DNA from: an uncultured Bacteroidota bacterium
GTDB taxonomy: Bacteria; Bacteroidota; Ignavibacteria; UBA10030; UBA6906
Length of the DNA: 64,000 nt
Reading direction: 5' to 3'
NCBI GenBank assembly: GCA_963700635.1
Contig: CAVOYH010000004.1
Location: 384,001 to 448,000, forward strand
How positions within the stretch are numbered: position 1 is the first letter of the stretch; every line of letters starts with the position of its first letter. Shown in pieces: positions 45,929 through 58,946 of this stretch. Position numbers and translations under genes: made by a program. The notes under the pieces were generated by a model, which did no database searches, was not told where the DNA came from, and worked only from the letters and a program-made list of their open reading frames with translations.

Positions 45929-46771
45929 CTACCACCCGGTGGCGTAAACGATCATTCCCGTAGTCAATCCAAAAATGAGGTTGAAGATCTTGATTTTTAC
46001 TGAGTCGCTGACTGAATGTGCAAGCATCGGGAGCATGCTATGGCCATCCTGCACAATCGAGCTGGTAAGCAACACGGAAAATGGAACGAGTCCATTTGCG
46101 AACATGGTTACGATGAGTAGGTGTGGACCGGATTGCGGAATGAGTCCGATGAGCGAGCTGAAAAGGAGAATGACAAATGGGTACCGTGAAGCCAATCCCT
46201 GCAGGTCGGCGTATTGCAGGCCGATTTCGACGATGAGCAATGCGGTGAATGTCCAGAGGGCGACTTTCCACAGGTGTCGCCGGAGAATGTGGTGCCAGAT
46301 GTGTTCCACGAAATAGTGGCGAAACCCCGACTCAGCGGGATGAAGAATCGGTACGGCACAATCACTGCTCGTACGGATTCGCAGACGCCTGACAAAAACA
46401 TCGGTGATCCATCCGAATCCCATGCCGCAGACTGCGAGCAGGAAGAAAAGGGGGATGGCTGTTTCCGGGATCAGCGCGAGCATGACAAAGGCTTCATCGC
46501 CGGAAGCCGCAACCATTGCGCCGGTCAGGGCGCCGAAACTGATCATGCCGTGGATATAGAGCGAGACGGATGTGAAACCCCCGATACAACCCGGGATTGC
46601 TCCGACCGCCGGGGCGACGACATACTGTCTCCATTGACGCGCCCCGCGGAGGATACCCGCTATGCGTCCATGCGTCCACACATTCAACAGATCCACCAGG
46701 AGCATCATCACGAACACCAGGAGGGTGACCTGGGTGGTCTCGCGAAGGACAGGAACAAGCAAGTCAGGCAT
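45929..46771 (-). CDS. putative manganese/metal transporter membrane protein
   Basis: GAIPGCIGGF, ASGDEAFVML, EHIWHHI, GLIPQSGPHL, SIVQDGH. Confidence 0.72.
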   Translation of the reverse strand: MPDLLVPVLRETTQVTLLVFVMMLLVDLLNVWTHGRIAGILRGARQWRQYVVAPAVGAIPGCIGGFTSVSLYIHGMISFGALTGAMVAASGDEAFVMLALIPETAIPLFFLLAVCGMGFGWITDVFVRRLRIRTSSDCAVPILHPAESGFRHYFVEHIWHHILRRHLWKVALWTFTALLIVEIGLQYADLQGLASRYPFVILLFSSLIGLIPQSGPHLLIVTMFANGLVPFSVLLTSSIVQDGHSMLPMLAHSVSDSVKIKIFNLIFGLTTGMIVYATGW

Positions 46772-46783
46772 AGGGATTCCTCA

Positions 46784-47170
46784 TTATTGCCCGCACCGGG
46801 GGCAACGGAACGAATCGGTGACGGCCGTTGGTACATCCCAGGGCTGGCGGCACCGTTTGCAGCGGACGCGTGCGTGATGGGTGTACACGATTTCTCCTCC
46901 GCCGATTTGCAGTCCCTTGCCGTGTATCAGGGCGTCGGCGACGGTGTTCCGGGCGCGACCCAGAATCCGCCCGAACGTCGGACGTGAGATATTCATCTTT
47001 GCCGCACCCTCCTCGTGTGAATCACCTTCACCATCGGCCAGGCGTAACGCCTCAAATTCATCGACGGTCAGGAAGTTGAATGTCAGGTGTGAGAGTGGGA
47101 CACCACGCGGTTTAAAAATGGTCACACGGGGAGCAGAGGCTACGTAACGTTGTCTGACGGGTCGGGACAT
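46784..47170 (-). CDS. DUF134 (UPF0251) HTH regulator with C-terminal zinc ribbon
   Basis: MSRP..R, FKPRG, LTVDEFEALRLAD, M.ISRPTFGRIL..AR..VADALI.GK, CKRC..CPRC. Confidence 0.88.
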   Translation of the reverse strand: MSRPVRQRYVASAPRVTIFKPRGVPLSHLTFNFLTVDEFEALRLADGEGDSHEEGAAKMNISRPTFGRILGRARNTVADALIHGKGLQIGGGEIVYTHHARVRCKRCRQPWDVPTAVTDSFRCPRCGQ

Positions 47171-47172
47171 GA

Positions 47173-47198
47173 TAGTAATGAGCATATGCTCATTACTA
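47173..47198. promoter_or_regulatory. perfect 26-bp palindrome, probable operator
   Basis: TAGTAATGAGCAT|ATGCTCATTACTA between the -10 box and the DUF134 start. Confidence 0.75.
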
Positions 47199-47226
47199 GT
47201 ATACAACAATCCTCTCCCGTTGTCAA
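47198..47226 (-). promoter_or_regulatory. sigma70 promoter of the DUF134 operon
   Basis: Minus strand TTGACA-N17-TATACT. Confidence 0.8.
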
Positions 47227-47250
47227 GTCCGGGGGATAGCGGGCGGGGCT

Positions 47251-48480
47251 TTAGGGGGTGAATTTGCTCAGGATGTCTCTGACTGCGTCCTTGTGCACGG
47301 CGCACCCGAGCATTTTCAGTTTTACGTAATCTTCATGGAAAAAATAATAACCGGGATGGTCGTTGTTGTAAGCGCTGCTCCAGGAATCCTTGACCAGGAA
47401 CCAGTCCGCGCCGCCCCATTCCGTATACCCCACAAGGTGGAGGCCGTGATCATCGGCCGTTGTGCCGTTGCTGAACCGGAATTGCCTCGCCGCGTCATCG
47501 ATCGCAGCGGCGGGGATGTCGAATGAAGGAATCACCGCGATGCCCGCCTTGCCCCGCGAGTATCCCCCCTCAGAAAAATCCCCTCCGATCGCGAGCGAGT
47601 ACCCGTTGCGGATGGATCGTTTGATAATGGTCATAAACTCGTCCAGCGGGACATTGTGGTAGTCCTTGCTGTGCCACCAGTTATCCGGGACTTCAAACTC
47701 GATGGTGCGATAGTACGGGTGTTCCAGAAGTGACAGGAAGTCCACGTAATCGTCAGGGTCCAACCGGATTACTGTCTTCAGGTATTCTTTCGGAGTCAAA
47801 CGCTTTCCATCAACCACAACGGTTGCCGGTGGTGTGCCGATGTAATGATCCAGAATCGCCCGCACGGTGGAAAGCACTTCCTCCTCGTTCCACGCTGCCG
47901 CTTCTTTTACGCCGTTAAGAAACCTCTTGAATTCCGGAAACAGCGTGTATTCGTGATCGTGATATGGGTCGCCGTGCCTGAGTCCGGTGTATGCCTCCGC
48001 CGGGAGTGCCCCGTACTGCTTCCAGATCCTGAACACGGCGTTGGCTTCCGAACCTTCCCCGAGATACGTTTCTCCACGTGTCCTGACAAACGCCCGTGCT
48101 TTCTCGACATATTCCCAGTACACCGTGTGAAGCTCTGAAAGCTTGATCGAACGGCCGGTTGTTCGGAGTATCTCTGATTCGAGAAGAGATGTCGTTGAAT
48201 AACACCAGCACATCCCGGAACGCCCCTGCATCAAGGGCGGAAGATGTTTTACCGAAGTAAAATCCCCGATCCCCTTTGGCTGGGGGATCGCGGCAAAGTC
48301 CACCATCATGGTCTTTTTCTTTGCATCTTTCCCGGACTTTCTGGCTTCCAGTCGGGCCGAGATGGAATCCAGCATGATGTCGGTGCGTACTTCAAAGACC
48401 GGACGGTACGCGTTTTCCTGGGCGTGAGCCAGAATGCCGAACGTCAGGAGAAGCGAAGTGCAGAAGAAGCGTCGATACAT
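47251..48480 (-). CDS. secreted C1 family cysteine aminopeptidase
   Basis: Signal peptide; QGRSGMCWCYS, DDHGLHLVG, VKDSW. Confidence 0.88.
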   Translation of the reverse strand: MYRRFFCTSLLLTFGILAHAQENAYRPVFEVRTDIMLDSISARLEARKSGKDAKKKTMMVDFAAIPQPKGIGDFTSVKHLPPLMQGRSGMCWCYSTTSLLESEILRTTGRSIKLSELHTVYWEYVEKARAFVRTRGETYLGEGSEANAVFRIWKQYGALPAEAYTGLRHGDPYHDHEYTLFPEFKRFLNGVKEAAAWNEEEVLSTVRAILDHYIGTPPATVVVDGKRLTPKEYLKTVIRLDPDDYVDFLSLLEHPYYRTIEFEVPDNWWHSKDYHNVPLDEFMTIIKRSIRNGYSLAIGGDFSEGGYSRGKAGIAVIPSFDIPAAAIDDAARQFRFSNGTTADDHGLHLVGYTEWGGADWFLVKDSWSSAYNNDHPGYYFFHEDYVKLKMLGCAVHKDAVRDILSKFTP

Positions 48481-48538
48481 AATGCTGTCCTTTGACATGT
48501 GAGTCAACCAAGGGGATACCAGACACCGGGCACACTAT

Positions 48539-51713
<3,175 letters not shown>

Positions 51714-51736
51714 TCAAGGTCTTCAGAAGATCACGC

Positions 51737-53764
51737 CTATTTGAACCTGATCTCAAACTCAGGAATTGCTCCGGAATCCGTGACCCGCACATCTGCCGAC
51801 CTGTCACCGGCGCTGATGCGCACTGTATATCCTGTCGGTTCCTTCTTGATTGTTGCACTCCGTGCTACCCCTTGTACGGGGGAGGGGAGCAGCACGGTCA
51901 CCAGACAGACGTCCTTTGAGGGAATCGTTGTGGCGACATCGGCAAAAGGATACAACTGCGCCTTGTCAGGAGGAATATCCGGCAACGCTGCAGTATACGC
52001 GATGCCGGCATTGGAGGCGGCACGGCCAACGAGGCGGGCATTCGGCCTGCCTACGGTAAATGCATCAGGGGTTGCATTTGTCGTTCCATTGCCATCCGTG
52101 TTGTAGGCGTAGAAACGGGCCTGGATTGTAGAGGGGGTGGTCTTCTTGCTGACCTTGTCGACGACCACCACCGCACGGATATCGGTCAGCGTGATCACGG
52201 TTCGTGTGATGGCCTGGACATCGGGCAGGACGAGTTGATATGCCGGCGTAGCGTCACTTGTCCAGAAGAAGTATCCCTGCCGTTCTCCATGCCGGATAAT
52301 CGACGCCGAAGCCTGCGACGCGTTGGTCCCTTCGCGCCCATCCACATACTGATGCCCCTGGCCATCAATCAGCACAGAGCTATGTCCTCCGGTCAGTCGC
52401 ATTTTCCATGAAGGATCCCGGAAACTGTACGGGGGCCTCATGGGGTCAACGACAAGCCGTTCGCCAAAACACTTTACAATAAGTCCGTTGCGATCTGCAT
52501 GTTCATGATTAAATGCAGGCCCGCTCCGCATGGCGACGACAAGATCATCGGGGAGATATCCGGTACGGCCGACCACCCAGTCAAGATCCGAAATCCAGAG
52601 ACGGGTACCCTGAGGAGGAGGGGTTGACGCAACAGTTGTATCGTAGTACAACACTGACCAGATGTCTTTTGACGTTGCAAGATTCTCGCCGAACCATCGG
52701 GCCAGGCCGTCCCTTGTCTGGCGGGAAATCCAGAAGGAGACAGAGGCATGCCCTCCCGAGCTGGCGTCGCTAAAATTGACGGTGGCATGGAGGTCATCCC
52801 GTGCGGGGAGCGTCATTGCCAGGAGGTAGTCCTGATAACCGCTCCAATTAAGCATGTCCGTGAGGTCCGCGACGCCCCCCCGGTGCAGGGCATCGATGGC
52901 CTGAACGATGTGCAGCGTCGTATAATGGGCATAGGAAACGCCCTCGTCGTAGGACCCATCACGCGCGTAGATGTCGCGGAATGTATTCACGCTATACGTC
53001 GCCTGTTCCAGCCAGCGTCGTGTATCGTCGGTCTCTCCCCAGTACTTCCGATACACGAGGGCGGTAAGCGCAAGTGCGGAGGCGGGAATAGCCTTCAGGT
53101 TGATCGTATTCAGGATGATCGGCCATCGGGCGAGACTGAGTTCCCGGTCCAGCGGGCGGTGGGTGAAGTAGGTGCTGGCGGTATCCATCGTCCACCCCTT
53201 CACACGATCAGGATAACGCATACCATAGGTAGCCCGGAAGCTTGGCTCCGTTCCACGCTCGGCCATCGTTGTGAGCCAGCGTTTTCTCAATTCGAGTGGA
53301 AGACGCTCTCCGAGGGCCTCCACCACAAGTGCAACAGCGATTCCGGAATTCGGCGCGCGTTGCAGCCCGATCATATCTGTACCACCTTCCAGGAAATAAT
53401 CCCACTTCGGGAATTTCATCAGAGATTCGATACATTCCCGGGCCAGATCGGCTGCATCAGCATCCCCTGTATAGAGATACACCAGGGCCATCTGTTGCGC
53501 GAGGTTTCCGATCCGGGCGATATCGTACAACTGGTCATTGTAACGGACCTCGGAGCGTAGAAAATGCCGCTCGCGGACACGGTCCAGCGTGTCCATCTGA
53601 CCCCTCAGCGTAGAGAAAAGCGGATGGCCGGCGTACAATTGCCGGTAACGGGCCACGTTCTGTGGTTCAAAAAAGACACCTCCGTCAGAACCGGCGGCGA
53701 AAACAAATTGTGAACAAAAAAGAAGACCAAGGATGAGTGGAGTGCGTAAAGTTCGTGAGAACAT
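51737..53764 (-). CDS. secreted heparinase II/III-like (polysaccharide lyase-like) protein
   Basis: Signal peptide; DGSYDEGVSYAHY, NFSD, HEHADRN, HSSVLIDGQG. Confidence 0.72.
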   Translation of the reverse strand: MFSRTLRTPLILGLLFCSQFVFAAGSDGGVFFEPQNVARYRQLYAGHPLFSTLRGQMDTLDRVRERHFLRSEVRYNDQLYDIARIGNLAQQMALVYLYTGDADAADLARECIESLMKFPKWDYFLEGGTDMIGLQRAPNSGIAVALVVEALGERLPLELRKRWLTTMAERGTEPSFRATYGMRYPDRVKGWTMDTASTYFTHRPLDRELSLARWPIILNTINLKAIPASALALTALVYRKYWGETDDTRRWLEQATYSVNTFRDIYARDGSYDEGVSYAHYTTLHIVQAIDALHRGGVADLTDMLNWSGYQDYLLAMTLPARDDLHATVNFSDASSGGHASVSFWISRQTRDGLARWFGENLATSKDIWSVLYYDTTVASTPPPQGTRLWISDLDWVVGRTGYLPDDLVVAMRSGPAFNHEHADRNGLIVKCFGERLVVDPMRPPYSFRDPSWKMRLTGGHSSVLIDGQGHQYVDGREGTNASQASASIIRHGERQGYFFWTSDATPAYQLVLPDVQAITRTVITLTDIRAVVVVDKVSKKTTPSTIQARFYAYNTDGNGTTNATPDAFTVGRPNARLVGRAASNAGIAYTAALPDIPPDKAQLYPFADVATTIPSKDVCLVTVLLPSPVQGVARSATIKKEPTGYTVRISAGDRSADVRVTDSGAIPEFEIRFK

Positions 53765-54120
53765 GGAGTCTCCGTGCTCGGGTGGGGGAGTCAGGTGGCT
53801 TAGGATATTTGAAACCTATGGAATCATTCATCGAGAATCAATGGAAATTGACATTGTAGAGGTTCATGACGATATTACCCGGTAACATCCTGAACAAGAC
53901 AATCAGAAGGAGAACCACAAACTGGTGCGGTGGATCCTCCACCGTATTGCTTGCAGGTGCACGGATTGTGTATGACGTGTCAGGGACGTTAATGAGTCCG
54001 GGATACGCAGTTATGCCATTTGTCCAGTTTGGGCTGAGAACAGGGCTTTAAGGGTCCTTGCCTCTTATTCCTGAACTCTGTAGGTTAGATTGACATCGTT
54101 CCGTTCTTTCGGGAAATCAT

Positions 54121-55167
54121 ATGGCAGGACGCCACGTTCTCATTGTGATCCCACTGATTCTGCAGGGAGCCGGGAGTTCCACCGGTCTCGCGCAGAATCC
54201 ATCCTCCACGCCGCCGGATTCCTCTGCGGCCCACCAGATTCTGTATGATCCTTTCGGACCGGAGAACGCGCCCGATCATACCGGTCAGGGATCCGGTGGC
54301 TCTGTAATCCCCACCCCTCACGAAAACACCATTCAATCCTCCTTCACGCGGATCAATGCTGATTATTTCGGCATCCAGTATATGCTGGATTCCCCGCTTC
54401 AGATTGCGGTTGGTTCGGGATGGTCTGCGTATGAGACCCACGGATATAGCGTCCAGGGCAGACTTCGAACGACCGGATTCAAAGAATGGACCTTTGAGCC
54501 GCTCAGAGAAGAGAATGTTCCGTACTACCTTCTCTCCACGGAGGTCTCGTTCGAATACCCGTTTCGGGAGCGCGGGTTCAGAGCATACAAGGTGAGGATA
54601 CACTGGATCACCGAAACCATGGGACTGGGAATGCCCGGTATCGGTGTGGTTGTATCCAAAGGAAACCTCATGCTCGCAGGTGACCGTGCGATGGGCCGGA
54701 GAGTTGAATTCGAAGGGACATGGATTCAGGTTGCGGGGGGATACGTGATGCCTCTTTCGCCCAGGAAAGGCGGGGTGAACCTCGCGATCTGCGGGGGTCT
54801 CGATCTGCTGGGAATAAAATACCAGGCCTATTTTACGGACCCCGGAGATTTTCTGGGGGCCAAGATCGGGTCAATCGGATGGATGGCTTCCCTCGGATGG
54901 AATGCAAACACCTTTTTCAACCTTGCAGGCTATCTTGGCGGGGAATATGGTTTTTCCACGGGCGCCCTCATTACCCATTCCAACAAGATTGTCTTCTCGG
55001 ACATCGCTCGGACTTCAGTGTTCCTGGGCCTGCAGGGGACGGGACGCTGGTTTAACGTGGTCGGCGGTATCCAGAAGGAGTGGGAGTATATCGACTTTCA
55101 GAGCACCGAGGTGTCTGACCGGGCGCTACGGTACTACTTCGGAGTGAACGTGTACATCCGGCGATAA
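54121..55167 (+). CDS. hypothetical exported protein, possible outer-membrane beta-barrel
   Basis: Signal-like N-terminus, P/S-rich linker, alternating Gly/aromatic strands, C-terminal YYFGVNVY. Confidence 0.55.
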   Translation: MAGRHVLIVIPLILQGAGSSTGLAQNPSSTPPDSSAAHQILYDPFGPENAPDHTGQGSGGSVIPTPHENTIQSSFTRINADYFGIQYMLDSPLQIAVGSGWSAYETHGYSVQGRLRTTGFKEWTFEPLREENVPYYLLSTEVSFEYPFRERGFRAYKVRIHWITETMGLGMPGIGVVVSKGNLMLAGDRAMGRRVEFEGTWIQVAGGYVMPLSPRKGGVNLAICGGLDLLGIKYQAYFTDPGDFLGAKIGSIGWMASLGWNANTFFNLAGYLGGEYGFSTGALITHSNKIVFSDIARTSVFLGLQGTGRWFNVVGGIQKEWEYIDFQSTEVSDRALRYYFGVNVYIRR

Positions 55168-55180
55168 GGAGAAGCGAGTC

Positions 55181-56983
55181 ATGCGCGGAGTGGCATGGGG
55201 ATGGGTCTGTGCAAGTTTGCTGCTGGGGTCCTGCAGACTGTATGAAGGCGGGGGGACATTCCACGTTGCTCTGGAAGATCCTCCGGCGGTTTCGCTCGGC
55301 GAGCTTTCCCGTTACTATGACGAACGATCTGGCGGACTCATCACGCCGGCTGTCACGGACACAGCGTTGTTTCGCCGCGCGCTCTCTTTCACGTGGGATC
55401 CGTTCAACAGGCGCCGTGTCGTGGCACCATCGGTCTGCGGACACGACGAAGTGCAGAGCCTTTTTGTCTTTGATGAATCCCGGTTTGTTCACGAGTCAGG
55501 GGAGACTGACTTCCTGCGGGCGGTCTACCATGCCTATGCCGGATGGCCGTTTGACCATGCGCGGCAGGCATCCATTCTGCCCTACAGGACGCTTGCCAGT
55601 TGGGGAGGGTTGTTTTTCCCACCGATCAAGGAGCTCACCCATCCGGTTCCATTCTACTATGCTGGATTTGACGCCGGTTTTGATCCGGCGGCAGCAGAGT
55701 CCCCGTATTTTGATCCGGAGTTTCAGCGGTCTCTTGATCTCGAAACCCAGACCGAGCTGACCTATGGGAACACTCTGCGTGCGCTGTACAACGGCCGGGA
55801 GTCATACCCCGAAAAACTGCGGATGGTGTCTTCTGCGCGCAAGTTTCTGTATGTTGCCGTGATGACGATCGTTGCCGATTCCACGGGTCGCGAACTCATC
55901 CGACTGATGGTAAACCGGAAGCGTGCGGGGGTGGATGTACGATTGATCATCGATGACTTTTACACGTTCTCCATCTCCAGCTTCGCCGTCGGCACTCTTG
56001 AACGGGAAGGAATCCCGGTGGCCAGGGTTGCGGACAAGCGGCTGAACCAGATTGACAGGATGTTCCACAACAAATTCTGGATTCGGGACGGCGAAGAGGC
56101 GGTGTTGGGTGGTATGAACGTGCTCGACTACGAAAACACATCCACGGGATTTGATTTTCAGAATCGGGACACGGATCTGCTGGTACGGGGACCGGCCGTG
56201 ACGAGTCTTCTGGACAGCTACATCAAGCTCTGGAAGCGGTATGACAGAGAGGCGAGACCGATAACCCTTGGCGAGTCCACCCTGGCACTTCGGCTCGCGG
56301 AGGAACGTGCAGCCGGAGTTCGCGGGGCGGAACATTATGCCCGTTGGCTGGGGGATCCACGAACGCGGATGAACGGCATCTGTCGCACCGCGGTTCAGGG
56401 CGATGATGCCGATCCGCAGAAGATTGTCACGTTGTTAACGCGCTACGCAGAAAAGGCCAGGCATTCATTCTACTTCTCAACTCCTGGGGTCGAGTGCGAA
56501 CCACAATCCGATTCGCCGGGAGGCATTGATCTGCTGGCCCGGGTCTTGCTCGACAAGATCCGGGAACCTTCATTTCAGGGCGCTGTCGTGACAAACGGTA
56601 TCGATGGAGGATGGGGGGAGTCCACGATATTTCTCCGCACCCGGGTCAAGGATTCCGAGTTGGTGGACGATCCTTTGTGGATTGACATCATGACGCCAAT
56701 CGTTGACGGTGGAGGCAGGGATGTGGCACGGGGTGTTCGCGTGACGATGAAGCCGTTCTTGCGGGTCGGGCTGAGGGTCTACCAGTACATCAACTACATC
56801 CACGCCAAAGAGTTTTATTTCGACAGGCTGCTTTCCGCAGTTGGTAGTTGGAATTTTGACATGTACTCGGCGGATCGGAATCACGAATCCATGATTTTCT
56901 GTCTGGACGATTCTCTCAGGGTGCAGATGGAGAGGCACCTGGTACTGGACATGGTAAATTCCGTGCCGGTCCTTCTAAAATGA
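55181..56983 (+). CDS. phospholipase D superfamily lipoprotein (cardiolipin-synthase-like)
   Basis: Lipobox LLGS-C; two HKD motifs HNKFWIRD..GGMN and HAKEFYFD..GSWN. Confidence 0.85.
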   Translation: MRGVAWGWVCASLLLGSCRLYEGGGTFHVALEDPPAVSLGELSRYYDERSGGLITPAVTDTALFRRALSFTWDPFNRRRVVAPSVCGHDEVQSLFVFDESRFVHESGETDFLRAVYHAYAGWPFDHARQASILPYRTLASWGGLFFPPIKELTHPVPFYYAGFDAGFDPAAAESPYFDPEFQRSLDLETQTELTYGNTLRALYNGRESYPEKLRMVSSARKFLYVAVMTIVADSTGRELIRLMVNRKRAGVDVRLIIDDFYTFSISSFAVGTLEREGIPVARVADKRLNQIDRMFHNKFWIRDGEEAVLGGMNVLDYENTSTGFDFQNRDTDLLVRGPAVTSLLDSYIKLWKRYDREARPITLGESTLALRLAEERAAGVRGAEHYARWLGDPRTRMNGICRTAVQGDDADPQKIVTLLTRYAEKARHSFYFSTPGVECEPQSDSPGGIDLLARVLLDKIREPSFQGAVVTNGIDGGWGESTIFLRTRVKDSELVDDPLWIDIMTPIVDGGGRDVARGVRVTMKPFLRVGLRVYQYINYIHAKEFYFDRLLSAVGSWNFDMYSADRNHESMIFCLDDSLRVQMERHLVLDMVNSVPVLLK

Positions 56984-57075
56984 AATGCCGCCGCTCCCCC
57001 CGGGCGTCATACGATGCCGGTTCTTCCTGAAACGGTCGCATGACGCCTGCGGGGCCCGGAGAGCATCAGCTTCAG

Positions 57076-58485
57076 TCAGTGTAATCCCGAAGCGCCGGAA
57101 AGTTGTTTTACCAGATCGCCGGCGACGGCCTTTGCATCCCCGAAGAGCATGAATGTGCGATTCTGGAAATAGAGTTCATTATCTATTCCTGCAAACCCCG
57201 GGTTCTTGCTCCGCTTGATGGCAAACACCGTGCGCGCCTTATCGGCGTCAATGATGGGCATCCCGTAGATGGGGGTGGATTTGTCGGTTCTTGCAGCGGG
57301 GTTTACCACATCGTTGGCTCCGATCACCAGGGCGACGTCGCATTGTGGCATATCCGAATTGATGTCATCCATCGAAACCTGATCAGCATACGGGATATCC
57401 GCCTCGGCCAGAAGCACGTTCATGTGTCCGGGCATCCTCCCCGCAACGGGATGAATGGCGAATTTTACTGATATCCCCCGTTTGGTCAGCTGGTCGTACA
57501 GCTCGCGGACTCTGTGCTGTGCCTGCGCGACAGCCATTCCGTATCCGGGGATGATGACGACGAGGGATGCCTGATCCAGAATCTGTGCGGCGCCTTCGAT
57601 CGTCTCCTCTTTGTACCTTCTCTCGTCTCCTCCCACCTTTGCAGCTTTCACCTGCCCGAATGCTCCAAAGAGCACGTTGGTAAATGATCTGTTCATGGCG
57701 CGGCACATGATAATGGAAAGAATCAGACCGCTTGATCCATCCAGGGCGCCGGCGATGATGAGGAGTTTGTTGTCGAGCACGAATCCCATGGCCACTGCCG
57801 CGAGGCCTGCGTACGAGTTCAGGATGGAAATCACCGTGGGCATATCCGCTCCGCCGATCGGGATGATCAACAGCACACCGAACATCAGCGCGAGTGTAAT
57901 GATGATGGGGAAGGCGATCGCGGCCCACGGACTGGTCGGATCAAGAACCACCAGCACGCCGAGAGCCACAGCAAGGATCATGAGCCCAATGTTCGAAGCG
58001 TTCTGAAGAGGATAGATGACCGGGCGTTGCGGTATCCACTTGAGTTCCTGGAGTTTGCCTGCCGCCATGAGGCTTCCGGTGAAAGTGAGAAAACCCAGAA
58101 GCACTTCGAGGATGATGGCGGAAGTCCGGAACGGAGTCAACTGGACGGCTCCTTCGCTGAGCCAGAGGTAGAACTTTGCCGTGCCGACAAGTCCGGCCGC
58201 CAGGCCGCCAAATGCGTGGGAGAGTGCAGTTCGTTGAGGAACGGCAGTCAGTGCGACGCGTGAGAGGGGAACACCAACGATAAATCCGGCGATGATCGCA
58301 AGGATGATCCAGACATGATGGATGATGCCGGGTTGTATCCACGTTGCCAGCACCGCGAGCACCATTGCCGCCACACCGGCGCGCACACTTTTTCGCGCGG
58401 TTTTTGGGTCATTCATCCAGTGGAGCGAGAAGACAAAGAGAGCTGACGCCGCCACGTACGCCAACTGTGCCAGTGAGGGGATCAT
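57076..58485 (-). CDS. pntB: NAD(P) transhydrogenase subunit beta
   Basis: IGGADMPTVIS.LNSY, MCRAMNRS, PGYGMAVAQAQ, HPVAGRMPGHMNVLLAEA, GANDVVNP. Confidence 0.96.
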   Translation of the reverse strand: MIPSLAQLAYVAASALFVFSLHWMNDPKTARKSVRAGVAAMVLAVLATWIQPGIIHHVWIILAIIAGFIVGVPLSRVALTAVPQRTALSHAFGGLAAGLVGTAKFYLWLSEGAVQLTPFRTSAIILEVLLGFLTFTGSLMAAGKLQELKWIPQRPVIYPLQNASNIGLMILAVALGVLVVLDPTSPWAAIAFPIIITLALMFGVLLIIPIGGADMPTVISILNSYAGLAAVAMGFVLDNKLLIIAGALDGSSGLILSIIMCRAMNRSFTNVLFGAFGQVKAAKVGGDERRYKEETIEGAAQILDQASLVVIIPGYGMAVAQAQHRVRELYDQLTKRGISVKFAIHPVAGRMPGHMNVLLAEADIPYADQVSMDDINSDMPQCDVALVIGANDVVNPAARTDKSTPIYGMPIIDADKARTVFAIKRSKNPGFAGIDNELYFQNRTFMLFGDAKAVAGDLVKQLSGASGLH

Positions 58486-58946
58486 GGCCGATCCTCCTGG
58501 CGCGTCTGTTTGAACATTTTCAGCATACGATCAGTAATAAGGAATCCGCTGACAATGTTGGTCATGGAGGCAAAAAGCGCGATGGCACCGAGAATACGAT
58601 ATTCCACCGGGTAGTCCGACCCGGTGACAATGATCGATCCTACGACTGCAATCGCTGAAATGGCATTCGTCAGGGACATCAGGGGAGTGTGGAGTAAACG
58701 TGAGACCTTTGCGATCACTCCCATGCCGATAAAGGTTGCAAGGACGAACACAAAGATCATCGACCAGTAGTCGCTCGGGGGTGCAGCATGTGGATCAGCC
58801 TGAACATGTCCCGGAGCCGCCTCAGAATGTGGTGCAGCGGGTACAGCCGCGGGCTGGTCGGGCGTGATTTCCTGCGACAGCGTAGTCGTTTGCACTGCAA
58901 GGACACACAGCAGGACGCCGAGCCCGAAGGTGGCAAGAAGCTTCAT
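58482..58946 (-). CDS. pntA: NAD(P) transhydrogenase subunit alpha, membrane part (PntA2) with N-terminal extension
   Basis: LHTPLMSLTNAISAI, NIVSGFLITDRMLKMF. Confidence 0.9.
   Translation of the reverse strand: MKLLATFGLGVLLCVLAVQTTTLSQEITPDQPAAVPAAPHSEAAPGHVQADPHAAPPSDYWSMIFVFVLATFIGMGVIAKVSRLLHTPLMSLTNAISAIAVVGSIIVTGSDYPVEYRILGAIALFASMTNIVSGFLITDRMLKMFKQTRQEDRP

Noticed and set aside
53765-54120. Intergenic region with a 61-aa ORF and a small hairpin (CGGTGGA-TCC-TCCACCG) as sRNA or riboswitch
   Set aside because: No riboswitch consensus recognised and no coding support; an Rfam/Infernal search would be needed
56993-57064. Imperfect long hairpin between convergent PLD and pntB as a REP/MITE
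   Set aside because: Single copy in the window; most simply a bidirectional terminator-like structure
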